Below, piece by piece: positions 1 to 10,716 of a stretch of DNA of 64,000 bases. The notes beneath the pieces are model-generated. The model was given only the letters and a program-made list of their open reading frames with translations. It made no database searches and had not been told where the DNA came from. The translations under genes and the position numbers were made by a program. Every line of letters begins with the position of its first letter. The first letter of the stretch is position 1. This DNA comes from an uncultured Alphaproteobacteria bacterium (lineage in GTDB: Bacteria; Pseudomonadota; Alphaproteobacteria; Rhizobiales; Hyphomicrobiaceae): assembly GCA_963750715.1 (NCBI GenBank), contig CAVVRP010000012.1:659956-723955 (forward strand). The letters are read 5' to 3'.

Positions 1-810
1 GATGCCGGTGATGCGCTTGAGGTCGTCGGCCTCACCGCGCGGTGCGTCGATGCCCTTGAACCGAATCGGCAGGGTTTCTGCCGGCGGATTTTCCATGGCG
101 CCGATGTCGACACCCGATGCACCCTGCGAGCGCTCGAGGCCATCGATAGCGGCGCGGGCGACGAGATCGCAATATAGCGTCAGCGCGCGACCGGCGTCGT
201 CATTGCCGGGAACCGGGAAGTCGATGCCGTCGGGGTCGCAGTTCGTGTCGACGATAGCGACGATCGGAATACCGAGCTTGCGGGCTTCCTGAATGGCGAT
301 CTGCTCCTTGTTCGTGTCGATGACGAACAGAAGATCGGGCACGCCGCCCATGTCCTTGATGCCGCCCAGGGCCTGATTGAGCTTGTCGCGCTCGCGCTGG
401 ATCGACAGCACTTCCTTCTTCGTGCGCCCCTGCGGGTCGGCAAGAATATCGTCGAGCTGGCGTAGGCGGCGGATCGACTGCGACACCGTCTTCCAGTTGG
501 TCAGCGTGCCGCCGAGCCAACGGTGGTTGATGTAGTACTGGGCCGAGCGTTTGGCGGCATCGGCGATGCCGTCGGACGCCTGACGCTTGGTGGCGACGAA
601 CAGCACGCGGCCGCCATTCGCAACCGTGTCCGATACCTTGACCAGCGCCTGATGCAGCATAGGCGTGGTCTGGGTCAGGTCGAGAATGTGGATGTTGTTG
701 CGAGCGCCGTAGATGAACGGTTGCATCTTCGGGTTCCAGCGATGAGCCTGGTGGCCGAAGTGAACGCCAGCTTCCAATAGCTGACGCATGGAAAACGCGG
801 GAAGCGTCAT
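1..810 (-). CDS. rpsB: 30S ribosomal protein S2 (C-terminal end runs off the window)
   Basis: My own reverse-strand translation from ATG at 808-810 reads [45 protein letters not shown]..., the classic S2 N-terminus. It stays open for 270 codons to base 1. It is absent from the ORF track because there is no in-window stop. Confidence 0.93.
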   Translation of the reverse strand, partial: MTLPAFSMRQLLEAGVHFGHQAHRWNPKMQPFIYGARNNIHILDLTQTTPMLHQALVKVSDTVANGGRVLFVATKRQASDGIADAAKRSAQYYINHRWLGGTLTNWKTVSQSIRRLRQLDDILADPQGRTKKEVLSIQRERDKLNQALGGIKDMGGVPDLLFVIDTNKEQIAIQEARKLGIPIVAIVDTNCDPDGIDFPVPGNDDAGRALTLYCDLVARAAIDGLERSQGASGVDIGAMENPPAETLPIRFKGIDAPRGEADDLKRITGI

Positions 811-1066
811 GAAGAATGTCCTTTTCCGGTTGGTCCTCCGCAAGCCTGGAGAAGAAAAGTTCGTCTTTTTTAAAGACTTGCTTTTCCACCGGAGCGTCTG
901 GCGGGGCTTTCAATCCACCGGGCGCATAGGGCTTGCGTGTGAGATGTGGCGGTGTATGGCTGAAATTGCCTGATATTGCAAGCCGACCCGGCGCGGCAAG
1001 CCGGGCACGCGCCGGCCTCAACGCCGCAGGGCCTCAGTCAATCCGCAAGGGCAAAAGAGCAAGGCC

Positions 1067-1876
1067 ATGGCCGAGTTAGCCAGCCACCCGACGGTAAGCG
1101 AGGCAGCGAGCCTGACCGCCCGCGCCATCCAGCTTGGCGAGCGCATCGACCTCAATGGGCTGGAACGGGAAGATGCATTCTCCAAGATCCCGCTGGCATT
1201 CTGCACCGGCAGCGGCACGGCGGTGCTGTTCAAATCGGGCACGGCGGTTCTGGTCGGGCTGTCCTCCGACGAGGAGCAGGCCTGCCTCCATCGTATCCGC
1301 CCGCATGTGATCGATCCCATCGCGGAGCCGGAAACGGAAACCGCGCGTATCGTCGTCCGGCCCGGGGAACAGGAACTGCTGGGTCCAGCCGGAGAACTGC
1401 AGCTCAGGGGCGCCGACAACAACCGCATCCTGCTCGTCGCGCAGGCACTTGCCATGAGTACATCGCTGGCATGGGACGAGCGGCGCATCGCCCAGGCATT
1501 CGACCGCATCCAGCCCCTTGCCGACGTTCTCCAGAACGGCCGCCTTCCTTCAGGGCGCCGGTCCGAGCAACTGGCCCAGATCGGCGAGGCTCTGGCGATC
1601 CAGCACCGGCTGGCCTCGCGCACCGACCTCGACGACAAGCCCGATCTGCTGTGGGACCGGCCGGAACTGGAACGTCTCTGGGTGAGGCTTGTCGAAGAGT
1701 ATGACCTTCCCGCGCGCGGCCGGGCCATTGAGCGCAAGCTCCATGCCATTCAGGAAACGTCTGAGACGCTGACCGACCTTCTCTCCACCCGTACCAGCCA
1801 CCGGCTCGAGTGGTACATCATCATTCTGATCCTGATCGAGATCGTGCTGGGGCTCTACGACCGCTTCTTGAAGTAA
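1067..1876 (+). CDS. RMD1/YagE-family (DUF155) protein
   Basis: Clean 269-aa ORF. A soluble domain is followed by one C-terminal TM helix (WYIIILILIEIVLGLY), which is the DUF155 architecture. It is divergent from rpsB, and its stop lies 10 nt from the dnaE stop. Confidence 0.7.
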   Translation: MAELASHPTVSEAASLTARAIQLGERIDLNGLEREDAFSKIPLAFCTGSGTAVLFKSGTAVLVGLSSDEEQACLHRIRPHVIDPIAEPETETARIVVRPGEQELLGPAGELQLRGADNNRILLVAQALAMSTSLAWDERRIAQAFDRIQPLADVLQNGRLPSGRRSEQLAQIGEALAIQHRLASRTDLDDKPDLLWDRPELERLWVRLVEEYDLPARGRAIERKLHAIQETSETLTDLLSTRTSHRLEWYIIILILIEIVLGLYDRFLK

Positions 1877-1886
1877 CACGGAGGCG

Positions 1887-4800
1887 CTACACCTCGGCCA
1901 CCCCGACGACGCCCGGCACTGTCGAAAGATGGCCTTGCTCCCTCGGCGAAACATCATATCGACCGAGGATGATTTCGACTTCCAGCGCGCCGGAGGCGCC
2001 CGGCACCGGTCCAATTTGAAGCACCGCGCGCACCTCGCCGCCCTTGCGCCCCATGGCGCCGCCGGGCTTCAAATTGGACCGCAGCTCCTGAACGCGCGCC
2101 GGACGGGAGGCGAAGTCCGCAGCATCGAGCGTGACCTTCAAGCCCCGTTCGATGCTGGCGGCGGCCTTGTCTAGCGCCTCCAGGCTCTGCACCCGCATCT
2201 TCAGTGTGTCGCCGTCGCGCTCGGCCTCGACACTGACAAGTACGGCGGTGCCAGCTTCGAGCAGATCGCGTGATGCCGCGAGTGTATCGGAAAAGAGGAC
2301 GGCTTCGAACTGACCGCTCGCATCCGAGAACATTGCGAAGGCGAACTTGTTGCCCTTCTGCGAACGCCGCTCGCGCGCCGAGATGACGATGCCCGCAAGT
2401 CGCCCGGCCGTCGCGCCGCGATCGGCGGCGGCCTCGAACTCGATGAAGCGCCTGACGCCGAGCTTGGCCAGAACCTTCTCGTAGGAGTCGAGGGGATGGC
2501 CTGACAGAAAGAAGCCGACAGAGTCGAATTCCGCCTGCAGCCGATCGATCGGCGTCCATGCTTTTATGGGCTTCAGGTCGAGCGTCGGCGTCGCATCGCC
2601 ACCTCCGCCGAACAAATCGCTCGTACCGGCCGCCTTGTTCGAGTCGAGCCGGTTGGCGAGCGCCATGATGCCTTCGACATTGCCGTGCACGAGGGCGCGA
2701 TTCGGCTCCAGCGTATCGAAGGCGCCGGCCATGGCGAGTGTTTCAATCGCCCGTTTGTTGAGCGCCTTGGTGTTCACGCGCGCGGCAAAATCGGCGAGCG
2801 AGCGATAGGCCCCCTCTTTGTTCCGGCTGTCTACGATCGTCTCGACGGCGGAGGCGCCGATGTTCTTGAGTGCCGCCAGCGAGTATCGGATCGCGCCTCG
2901 CTTGGTTGGCGCATCCGACTCCGCCGCGCGGAGCCGGCCGGATGCGCCGATGGCCGCGACCGGCGGCCGGCTCCCCGCGGGGGAGTCGCCGGTCGCCGCT
3001 GAGGACGGAGGCTCAGCCAGAAAATCGATCTCCGATGCATTCACACACGGCGGCAGAACGGCGATCCCGCTCTTCTTGGCTTCCGCGGCGAACATGGCCA
3101 GCTTGTCGGTGTTGCCCATGTCGAGCGTCATCGACGCGGCCAGGAACTCCTCGCAGAAGTTCGCCTTGAGATACGCCGTGTGATAGCTGACCAGCGCGTA
3201 AGCCGCCGCGTGCGACTTGTTGAAACCGTAACCTGCGAACTTATCGACGAGTTCGAAAATGTAGACGGCATCTTCCTTCTTAACGCCGTTCGCGGTCGCG
3301 CCTTCGACGAACCGGGCCTGCTGCTTGGCCATCTCCGTCTTGTCCTTCTTGCCCATCGCGCGGCGCAGAAGATCCGCTTCACCGAGCGAGTATCCGGCCA
3401 TCACCTGGGCTATCTGCATCACCTGTTCTTGGTAGATGATGACGCCGTAGGTCTCTTTCAGAATGCCTTCGAGCAGCGGATGCAGGCAGTCGACCGGCTC
3501 CTCGCCATGCTTGCGGTGGATGTAGGTCGGGATGTTGTCCATCGGGCCGGGGCGATACAGCGCCACCATGGCGATGATGTCCTCGAACCTGTCGGGCTTG
3601 AGCCGCTTGAGGCTCTCGCGCATGCCCGTCAATTCCAGCTGGAACACCCCGGCCGTATCGGCTCTTGCCAGCAGTTCAAACGATGCGACGTCATCGAGCA
3701 GCAGGGTCGCCAGATCGATGTCGATGCCTCGCCCGCGCTTGATCAGCGCCACAGCCTTCTGCAGAACAGTCAGCGTCTTGAGGCCGAGGAAGTCGAACTT
3801 CACTAGGCCCGCCGCCTCGACCATCTTCCAGTTGAACTGAGTGACGGGCATGTTCGACTTCGGATCGCGATAGAGCGGTACGAGTTCTTCCAGCGGACGG
3901 TCGCCGATCACCATGCCGGCGGCATGCGTCGATGCGTGCCGATAAAGCCCTTCCAGCTTCTGCGCGATTTCGAGTAGCCGCGCGACGATCGGCTCGCGGT
4001 CGCGCTCCTCCTGAAGTTTCGGCTCGCCCGCGATCGCCTGATCGAGGGTGACCGGATTGGCCGGATTATTCGGCACCAGCTTGCACAAGCGGTCGATCTG
4101 TCCGTACGGCATCTGCAGCACGCGGCCGACGTCGCGCAGCACGGCGCGCGCCTGCAGCTTGCCATGGGTGATGATCTGGGCGACGCGGTCACGCCCGTAC
4201 TTGCCCTGCACATAGCGGATCACCTCGTCGCGGCGATCCTGGCAGAAATCGATGTCGAAATCGGGCATCGACACACGCTCGGGATTGAGGAAGCGTTCGA
4301 ACAGCAGCCCGAAGCGCAGCGGATCGAGATCGGTGATGGTGAGCGCCCAGGCGACAACCGATCCCGCACCCGAGCCGCGGCCAGGACCGACGGGAATGCC
4401 ATTCGCTTTCGACCACTGGATGAAGTCGGCGACGATAAGGAAGTAGCCCGGAAACTTCATGCGCGTGATGATGTCGACTTCGAACGCTAGCCGCTTCCAG
4501 TAGTCGTCGGCGGTGAAGCCGGGCGCGGGATCCTGCGCGGCGAGACGGTATGCCAGCCCATCCTCCGCTTGCCGCTTCAATTCTGCGGCTTCCGCCGTCA
4601 GCTGGTCCGCATCCGACGCGCCCTCTTTCGTCGCGACGAAGCGCGGCAGGATCGGCTTCTTGCCGAGCGGGCGATAGGCGCACATCCTCGCAATGTTGAC
4701 GGTGTTCTCGATCGCCTCGGGCAGATCCGTGAACAGGGCGAACATTTCCTCGGCGCTCTTGAAATAGTGCTCCCGTGTCACGCGACGGCGATCGTCCTCG

Positions 4801-5561
4801 ACGACGTAGCGCCCGTCCGCGATACATAGCAGCGCGTCGTGCGCCTCGTAGTCGTCGGGTGAGGCGAAGTAGCACTCGTTTGTGGCCACGAGCGGAATAC
4901 CGAACTCGTAGGCGAGCGAAATCAGGTCCTGCTCGATCTGCTGTTCCTCGGGCCGGCCGTGGCGTTGCAGTTCGACATACAGCGCATCGCCAAAAGTCTT
5001 GTGAAGACCTTTGAGGCGGCTGACCGCCAGATCGCGCTGGCCGTCACGCAGAGCGGTGTCGATGGGCCCGTCCGGCCCCCCGGTGAGAGCAATCAGACCG
5101 GCGCTATGCGCCTCGATGTGATCGATCTTGACGTGCGGGGCCTCGGCGTCGCCCGTTTCCATATGGGCGGCACTGGCAAGCTTCATCAAGTTCTGATAGC
5201 CGCGCTCGTTGCGCGCCAACACCGCGATGTTGCCGGAAGGGCGGCTTGCCGGCTCGTTCTTGCCCGAGCGCATGTCGAGACCGTTTCGCGGCGCATCGCG
5301 GAAATCGGTTGGCAGCGTGCAGCCAACGATCGGCTGAATGCCGGCGCCCGAAAGCTTTTCGGAGAATTCGAGCGCGCCGAACAGATTGTTCGTATCGGTA
5401 AGCCCCAGCGCCGGCATGGCGTGCGCTTCGGCAAGCTTAGCGAGCTTGCCGATCTGCATCGCGCCTTCGAGCAGCGAATAGGCGGAATGGACCTTGAGGT
5501 GAATGAAGCGGGGCAAGGTCGCCGCTATCGGGGCCGGCGTATCGGGAATCGCTGTGATCAT
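1887..5561 (-). CDS. dnaE: DNA polymerase III alpha subunit
   Basis: PHP-domain start (FIHLKVHSAYSLLEGA), a GYFLIVADFI block, and the OB-fold/C-terminal region. The track ORF starts at 5717, but its first 52 codons are not protein-like. I chose the ATG at 5559-5561 (MITAIPDTP...). Confidence 0.95.
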   Translation of the reverse strand: MITAIPDTPAPIAATLPRFIHLKVHSAYSLLEGAMQIGKLAKLAEAHAMPALGLTDTNNLFGALEFSEKLSGAGIQPIVGCTLPTDFRDAPRNGLDMRSGKNEPASRPSGNIAVLARNERGYQNLMKLASAAHMETGDAEAPHVKIDHIEAHSAGLIALTGGPDGPIDTALRDGQRDLAVSRLKGLHKTFGDALYVELQRHGRPEEQQIEQDLISLAYEFGIPLVATNECYFASPDDYEAHDALLCIADGRYVVEDDRRRVTREHYFKSAEEMFALFTDLPEAIENTVNIARMCAYRPLGKKPILPRFVATKEGASDADQLTAEAAELKRQAEDGLAYRLAAQDPAPGFTADDYWKRLAFEVDIITRMKFPGYFLIVADFIQWSKANGIPVGPGRGSGAGSVVAWALTITDLDPLRFGLLFERFLNPERVSMPDFDIDFCQDRRDEVIRYVQGKYGRDRVAQIITHGKLQARAVLRDVGRVLQMPYGQIDRLCKLVPNNPANPVTLDQAIAGEPKLQEERDREPIVARLLEIAQKLEGLYRHASTHAAGMVIGDRPLEELVPLYRDPKSNMPVTQFNWKMVEAAGLVKFDFLGLKTLTVLQKAVALIKRGRGIDIDLATLLLDDVASFELLARADTAGVFQLELTGMRESLKRLKPDRFEDIIAMVALYRPGPMDNIPTYIHRKHGEEPVDCLHPLLEGILKETYGVIIYQEQVMQIAQVMAGYSLGEADLLRRAMGKKDKTEMAKQQARFVEGATANGVKKEDAVYIFELVDKFAGYGFNKSHAAAYALVSYHTAYLKANFCEEFLAASMTLDMGNTDKLAMFAAEAKKSGIAVLPPCVNASEIDFLAEPPSSAATGDSPAGSRPPVAAIGASGRLRAAESDAPTKRGAIRYSLAALKNIGASAVETIVDSRNKEGAYRSLADFAARVNTKALNKRAIETLAMAGAFDTLEPNRALVHGNVEGIMALANRLDSNKAAGTSDLFGGGGDATPTLDLKPIKAWTPIDRLQAEFDSVGFFLSGHPLDSYEKVLAKLGVRRFIEFEAAADRGATAGRLAGIVISARERRSQKGNKFAFAMFSDASGQFEAVLFSDTLAASRDLLEAGTAVLVSVEAERDGDTLKMRVQSLEALDKAAASIERGLKVTLDAADFASRPARVQELRSNLKPGGAMGRKGGEVRAVLQIGPVPGASGALEVEIILGRYDVSPREQGHLSTVPGVVGVAEV

Positions 5562-5904
5562 GCCCCCAGAGTAGCCGAACGGCAACCGCCCGACATAGAT
5601 GCAACTGAGATTATCCAATGTTCCAAAGTCGCCGTGGCCGGTTCCGCCCATAACAGCAAGAGTTGTCACATTCCAACAGTTTGGATCGGCGGGCGATCCG
5701 CCGCACATCCCGACCAAAGAGTTTTGTCATGTCCGCTTTCGCACTCCTAGGACTGCTGACTGTGATGCCAAATCAGCTTCAGTCCGCGCGCAGACCGCGG
5801 CGGCTCGGCCTCGCACAGTCGCTCGTCGACAAATAGAAGGGCGGCGACGACAATGAAGCGCCGGTTGGATCGGCTCAGTGTGAGAATACGCGGGCAGCCG
5901 AACT

Positions 5905-6630
5905 CTAAAGCAGCGCCCCCGGCGCGACCTCGACCAGAACGCCGTTCTCCATGCGCAGCACACGGTCCATGCGTGAGGCGAGCTCGAGATTGTGGGTTGC
6001 GATGAGTGCGGCGACGCCCTCGCGCTTGAAAAGCCCTATCAGTTCCTGGAACACGAGTTCGGAGGTTCGCGGATCGAGATTTCCCGTGGGTTCGTCGGCT
6101 AGGATCAGCTTCGGCTTATTGGCCAGCGCGCGGCAGATGGCGGTGCGCTGTTGCTCGCCGCCCGAAAGCTGCGCCGGCCTGTGATCGAGACGCTCGGCAA
6201 GCCCGAGGCCTGAAAGCAGCTCCTTCGCCCTCACTTCAGCGGTCCTGCGGCTGCGGCCCAGGATCATCTGCGGCAGCACGACGTTTTCGATCGCGGAGAA
6301 CTCCGGCAGAAGTTGGTGGAACTGATAGATGAAGCCCATTTCGGCACGGCGGATCCGCGTTCGCTCTCCGTCGTCGAGCTTCGCACAATCCCGGCCGTTG
6401 ACGATGACCGAGCCGCTATCCGGCGTCTCGAGCAGTCCCGCGATGTGAAGGAGCGTCGACTTGCCGGCTCCCGATGGGCCAACGAGCGCCACCGACTGAC
6501 CTGGATAAAGTGCCGCCGAGGCGCCGGCCAGCACGCGAATCTCGCGCTCTGCCTGCTTGAACGACCGTTTCAGGTCCTCCAGTTTCAGAATGGCGGTAAC
6601 GGTCGGGGTATCGAGCACGGCCGGCCTCAT
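5905..6630 (-). CDS. lolD: Lipoprotein-releasing ABC transporter ATP-binding protein
   Basis: Walker [10 protein letters not shown], signature LSGGEQQR, Walker B ILADEPT. The ATG at 6628-6630 overlaps the lolE stop (ATGA). The track's longer N-terminus overlaps lolE and is not protein-like. Confidence 0.9.
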   Translation of the reverse strand: MRPAVLDTPTVTAILKLEDLKRSFKQAEREIRVLAGASAALYPGQSVALVGPSGAGKSTLLHIAGLLETPDSGSVIVNGRDCAKLDDGERTRIRRAEMGFIYQFHQLLPEFSAIENVVLPQMILGRSRRTAEVRAKELLSGLGLAERLDHRPAQLSGGEQQRTAICRALANKPKLILADEPTGNLDPRTSELVFQELIGLFKREGVAALIATHNLELASRMDRVLRMENGVLVEVAPGALL

Positions 6631-7898
6631 TCGTAGCGGAGAGCTTCGACGGGATCGAGCTTGGAGGCCCGCCACGAGGGGTAGAGCGTCGCCAGAACCG
6701 ATAGCGACAGAGACATCAGCACGATATACGCCGTCTCCATCGGATTGATCTCGGCGGGAAGCTTGGTCAGGTAGTAGACTTCCGGATTGAACAGCGGCGT
6801 ACCCGAAATCCACGTCACTACCTGGCGGATATCCTCGATGTAGTGGCAGAACAAGACGCCGAGCGCGAGGCCCGCCAACGTACCGACCACGCCGATGGCG
6901 GCTCCGGTTATCAGAAACACGCGCATGACGGAGCCCTTAGTGGCGCCCATCGTGCGCAGCACGGCGATATCGCGGCCCTTGTCCTTCACCAGCATCATCA
7001 TTCCCGAGATGATGTTCAGCGCCGCAACGAGGATGATCAACGACAGGATGATGAACATCACGTTGCGCTCCACCTCGAGCACGGTGAAGAACGTCTCGTT
7101 CTTCTGACGCCAGTCGGTGATGTTGAGCGTTTCGCCACCGATGGCCCGTATTCGGGCCGAATAGGCGTCGACCTTTTCGGGGTCGTCGACCACAACCTCG
7201 ATAACGTCGACTTCATCGCCCTTCGAGAAATATCGCTGGGCTTCGCCGAGCGGCATGAAGATCATGGTCTTGTCGTACTCGGACATGCCGAGTTCAAAGA
7301 TCGAGGCGACCGTGTACGGCTTCGATCGTGGCGCGGTGCCGAACGGCGTCTGCGCGCCACGGGGCGAGACCAGTGTGATCTGATCACCGACGTTGACGCG
7401 CAAGGCATTTGCGAGACGCATGCCGATCGCGACGCCTTGTTGCCCGTCGAAACCATCGAGTGTCCCGTAGCGCATGTTGTTGGCGACGAGCGGCAGCGAC
7501 TTGATGTCCTTCTCGCTGATGCCGCGCACCAGTCCGCCTAGCGCCTGCACCGCAGACGAAACCATTACCTGGCCTTCTACGATGGCAATGGCGTGATCGA
7601 CGCCGGGCACCGCGGATACCTTCGCCGCGGCGTCCTTGTAGTCGGTGAACGGTTCGCCGATCTTGTAGACGATGATGTGGCCGTTGAGGCCGAGGATCTT
7701 GGAGAACAGGTCTTTGCGAAAACCGTTCATCACTGCCATCACGATAATGAGCGTCGCCACGCCCAGCATGATCCCGAGGAACGAGAACCCGGCGATCACC
7801 GAAATGAATCCTTCCTTGCGCCGCGCGCGCAGATAGCGCGAGGCCAGCAGCCATTCGAACGGCGAGAACGGTTTGGTATCGGCCGTAGCGGTCGTCAT
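6627..7898 (-). CDS. lolE: Lipoprotein-releasing system permease (LolC/LolE family)
   Basis: N-terminus [37 protein letters not shown], a periplasmic MacB-like domain and a C-terminal FtsX 3-TM block. Start chosen at [11 protein letters not shown] (residue 20 of the track ORF). Confidence 0.88.
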   Translation of the reverse strand: MTTATADTKPFSPFEWLLASRYLRARRKEGFISVIAGFSFLGIMLGVATLIIVMAVMNGFRKDLFSKILGLNGHIIVYKIGEPFTDYKDAAAKVSAVPGVDHAIAIVEGQVMVSSAVQALGGLVRGISEKDIKSLPLVANNMRYGTLDGFDGQQGVAIGMRLANALRVNVGDQITLVSPRGAQTPFGTAPRSKPYTVASIFELGMSEYDKTMIFMPLGEAQRYFSKGDEVDVIEVVVDDPEKVDAYSARIRAIGGETLNITDWRQKNETFFTVLEVERNVMFIILSLIILVAALNIISGMMMLVKDKGRDIAVLRTMGATKGSVMRVFLITGAAIGVVGTLAGLALGVLFCHYIEDIRQVVTWISGTPLFNPEVYYLTKLPAEINPMETAYIVLMSLSLSVLATLYPSWRASKLDPVEALRYE

Positions 7899-7961
7899 TA
7901 TCCCGTCTCCGTTGGCCTTGTTCCCCACGCCGCAACGGCAGGAAGACAGCGGCAAAGATGT

Positions 7962-9309
7962 TCACGCCAGAACGCGTTGACCTTTGACAAGCTCGACGAC
8001 GCGATCGACGCCGGCATCGATCGGCACCGATTCGCGTTCGCTGGACTTGCGATGCTTCAATTCGATTTCGCCGGCCTTGACGCCCTTCGGCCCGACGACG
8101 AGTTGGTAGGGAATACCGATCAGATCCATGGTCGCGAACTTTGCGCCGGCGCGGTCGTCGGTGTCATCGCAAAGTACGTCGATGCCCGCGTTATTGAACG
8201 CGGCGTACATTTTCGCGCACGCCGCATCCGTATCCTTGTCGCCGGCCTTGAGATTGATGACTGCGGCTTCGAACGGCGCCACCGGCACCGACCATATGCA
8301 GCCGGCGGCATCGTGGCTGGCTTCGATGATCGCGCCGACGAGACGCGACACGCCGATGCCGTATGATCCCATCTGCACCGTGACGAGTTGCCCGTCTGGC
8401 CCCTGAACCTTTGCTCCCATGGGCTCCGAATACTTGGTGCCGAAGTAGAAAATGTGGCCGACTTCGATGCCGCGTGCCGTCACGCGGCGGTCGGCTGGCA
8501 CTTCCGCCTCGAAACGAGCCTGGTCATGCTTCTCGTCGGTGGCCGCGTACTTCGACGTCCACTGCGTCATGATCGGCGAGAGGTCCGAAAAGAAATCGGT
8601 GTCGACCGGCGGAATGGCGCCCTCGATTAGGTCCTTGTCGCAGAACACCTGGCTCTCACCCGTCTCGGCAAGAATGATGAACTCGTGGCTGAGATCGCCG
8701 CCGATCGGCCCAGTGTCGGCCGCCATCGGGATCGACTTTAGCCCCATGCGCGCATAGGTGCGCAGATATGCGACGAACATGCGCTGGTAGGAAGCTCGCG
8801 CCGCCTCCGGCGTGAGATCGAAGCCATACGCGTCCTTCATCAGGAATTCGCGACCGCGCATGACCCCGAAACGGGGCCTGATCTCGTCGCGGAACTTCCA
8901 CTGGATGTTGTAGAGATTCTTGGGCAGATCCTTGTAGCTCTTGACACTATCTCGGAAGATCGCCGTGACGACCTCTTCAGCCGTCGGGCCATACAGCATG
9001 TCGCGATCGTGCCGATCCACGATCCGCAACATCTCCTTGCCGTAGGCGTCATAGCGCTTCGTTTCCCGCCACAGGTCCGCCGACTGGATGGTCGGCATGA
9101 GAATCTCGACGGCGCCGGCGCGGTTCTGTTCCTCGCGCACGATGTCCTCGATCTTCTTCAGTACGCGCAGGCCAAGCGGCAGCCATCGAGTAGATTCCGG
9201 CGGATGCCTGCTTGATCATGCCGGCACGCAGCATGAGCTGATGCGACACGATCTCGGCTTCCTTGGGAGTCTCACGCAGTACGGGCAGGAAGTAGCGGGA
9301 AAGGTGCAT
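7962..9309 (-). pseudogene. proS: Prolyl-tRNA synthetase, reading frame broken by a 1-nt insertion near 9186 (possibly an assembly error)
   Basis: ORF 9049..9309 gives [41 protein letters not shown], then nonsense. The other frame (ORF 7962..9140, open upstream to W at 9183-9185) gives [41 protein letters not shown]... The span is 1348 nt, which is 3n+1. Confidence 0.9.
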
Positions 9310-9470
9310 GGCGGCCTATGCCTTTTGGGGACTTATGGGCAAGCGCGGCGAGCGGACGAAACTAAAGTGCTGGCGGCCCATGGCGTCGCGCAGCGGGCGC
9401 TGGGGCACAAGGGTGCATAGCCAGTCTCACGTGGAACGGCAATCCCGCACGGTCGAAAACCGGGGACGGC

Positions 9471-10259
9471 TTACTGCCCGCAGGCGAGGCAGAAGGACAC
9501 CGTCACGCTGCGCGAATCGACATCCACTCCGCGAATCCGGACGGGACCGGCAGGGCCGAAAACCAGTTTGCTTTTCAGTATGGTGGCGAACTTGGACTGG
9601 AGTGCGGGGCTGTCGAGCTTGGCGCGAAGCACTTCGTCGAGATCGGCGCGGAACTTGGTGATTGCCTGACGCGCCTTCTTCAGCACGGCGCGGCAGATGC
9701 TGCCGGAGAAGAAATCGGCTGATGTGCTGCAGGCGGGCGCGAACGTCCCGCCGATGACGAGGCGCTTGGCCGTGAACGACAGGCTGCCGTCGACACTGAC
9801 AGGCGCGAGATCGACTGCGACCGACGCGTCGCTCCACTCGATGCGGGGCAGCGAAGCGTTCGGTGGGCACAGACCCGACAGGCATCGGCCGATCAGTTCG
9901 GGTGCATCCGTCTCAAACGCCAGCGTGAGACGCAGCGCCCCATCGACAGCTTCGACCGTGACGCCGGAGGAGTTGATCTCATTGAGATAATAGGCGTATC
10001 GGCCGCCCGCGGCTTCGAAGGACCGAGCCGGCACGTCGATCGGCACCTGGGTCGAGCCGAACGACAGGGATGAGCCGGTGGCGAAATCGAGGAAGCCCTG
10101 CGGCACGTTGTGCAGCCTTATGGAAGCTTGGGACAACGATTGTCGGGCGATGGTGACAAGCTCGAAAAAATCGATGCGCAGCTCAGCTGCCCTGCCCGGC
10201 ATGGTGACCGAGAGCAGCAGCAGTATTGAAATCAGTGCTTTCTGGAAACGTAACGCCAA
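9471..10259 (-). CDS. Hypothetical secreted protein (signal peptide, 8 Cys), no family recognised
   Basis: 262-aa ORF with an apparent TTG start. N-terminus ALRFQKALISILLLLSVTMPGRAAE looks like a Sec signal. The composition is protein-like and the mature part has 8 cysteines, ending in CLACGQ. Confidence 0.55.
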   Translation of the reverse strand: MALRFQKALISILLLLSVTMPGRAAELRIDFFELVTIARQSLSQASIRLHNVPQGFLDFATGSSLSFGSTQVPIDVPARSFEAAGGRYAYYLNEINSSGVTVEAVDGALRLTLAFETDAPELIGRCLSGLCPPNASLPRIEWSDASVAVDLAPVSVDGSLSFTAKRLVIGGTFAPACSTSADFFSGSICRAVLKKARQAITKFRADLDEVLRAKLDSPALQSKFATILKSKLVFGPAGPVRIRGVDVDSRSVTVSFCLACGQ

Positions 10260-10654
10260 ACCCGCACCCGCACAGCCACATCAAACCTTTAGCAGGTCGT
10301 GATGGGACGGGAGCAAATACGGAGCAGCGCAGGCACGGACAGCTGTCGAGGCGTTGCGGAAGAGACACAGCGCGCTCGGATTGCCTTCTTTTTGGGCTCA
10401 TATGCGCCGCGACTGTGTTGCCGCGGTGGATCACTTTCGGCGTGATTTTATTTCGAAAGACCAGTGACATAGCGACGCGTTTGAGCTATGGTCCCGCGCG
10501 TTAGTGAACAGGGTGCAACGCCGATGGGAATTCAACGGCGATCGACCCAAGTCTAGGGAGAAACCGGTCGGAGTTCGCCAACGCGGACATCAAGGCCGTA
10601 GGACGGGACAAGCGGCAAATACCGCACCCGGCCAAATCATTGTTCAGGTATTCG

Positions 10655-10690
10655 AAGGAGCAAGGCGAAAGCCTTGCTCTTTCCGTTTCT
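10655..10690. terminator. Intrinsic-terminator hairpin: 9-12 bp stem, GAAA loop, T-rich tail on the plus strand
   Basis: GAGCAAGGC-GAAA-GCCTTGCTC (10658-10679) is followed by TTTCCGTTTCT on the plus strand. It lies 37 nt downstream of the minus-strand DUF1467 stop, so it may also serve the mce operon, although that side has no clean U-tract. Confidence 0.6.
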
Positions 10691-10716
10691 GCCTTCGGTT
10701 TACGGGCAGATACTGG

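Noticed and set aside
9183-9189. Both confirmed frameshift sites (here and at 21917-21923) contain TCGA, which hints at a common mechanism or an engineered lesion
   Set aside because: TCGA is a very frequent tetramer in this GC-rich sequence. Two occurrences carry no statistical weight, and the candidate third site is a C homopolymer with no TCGA.
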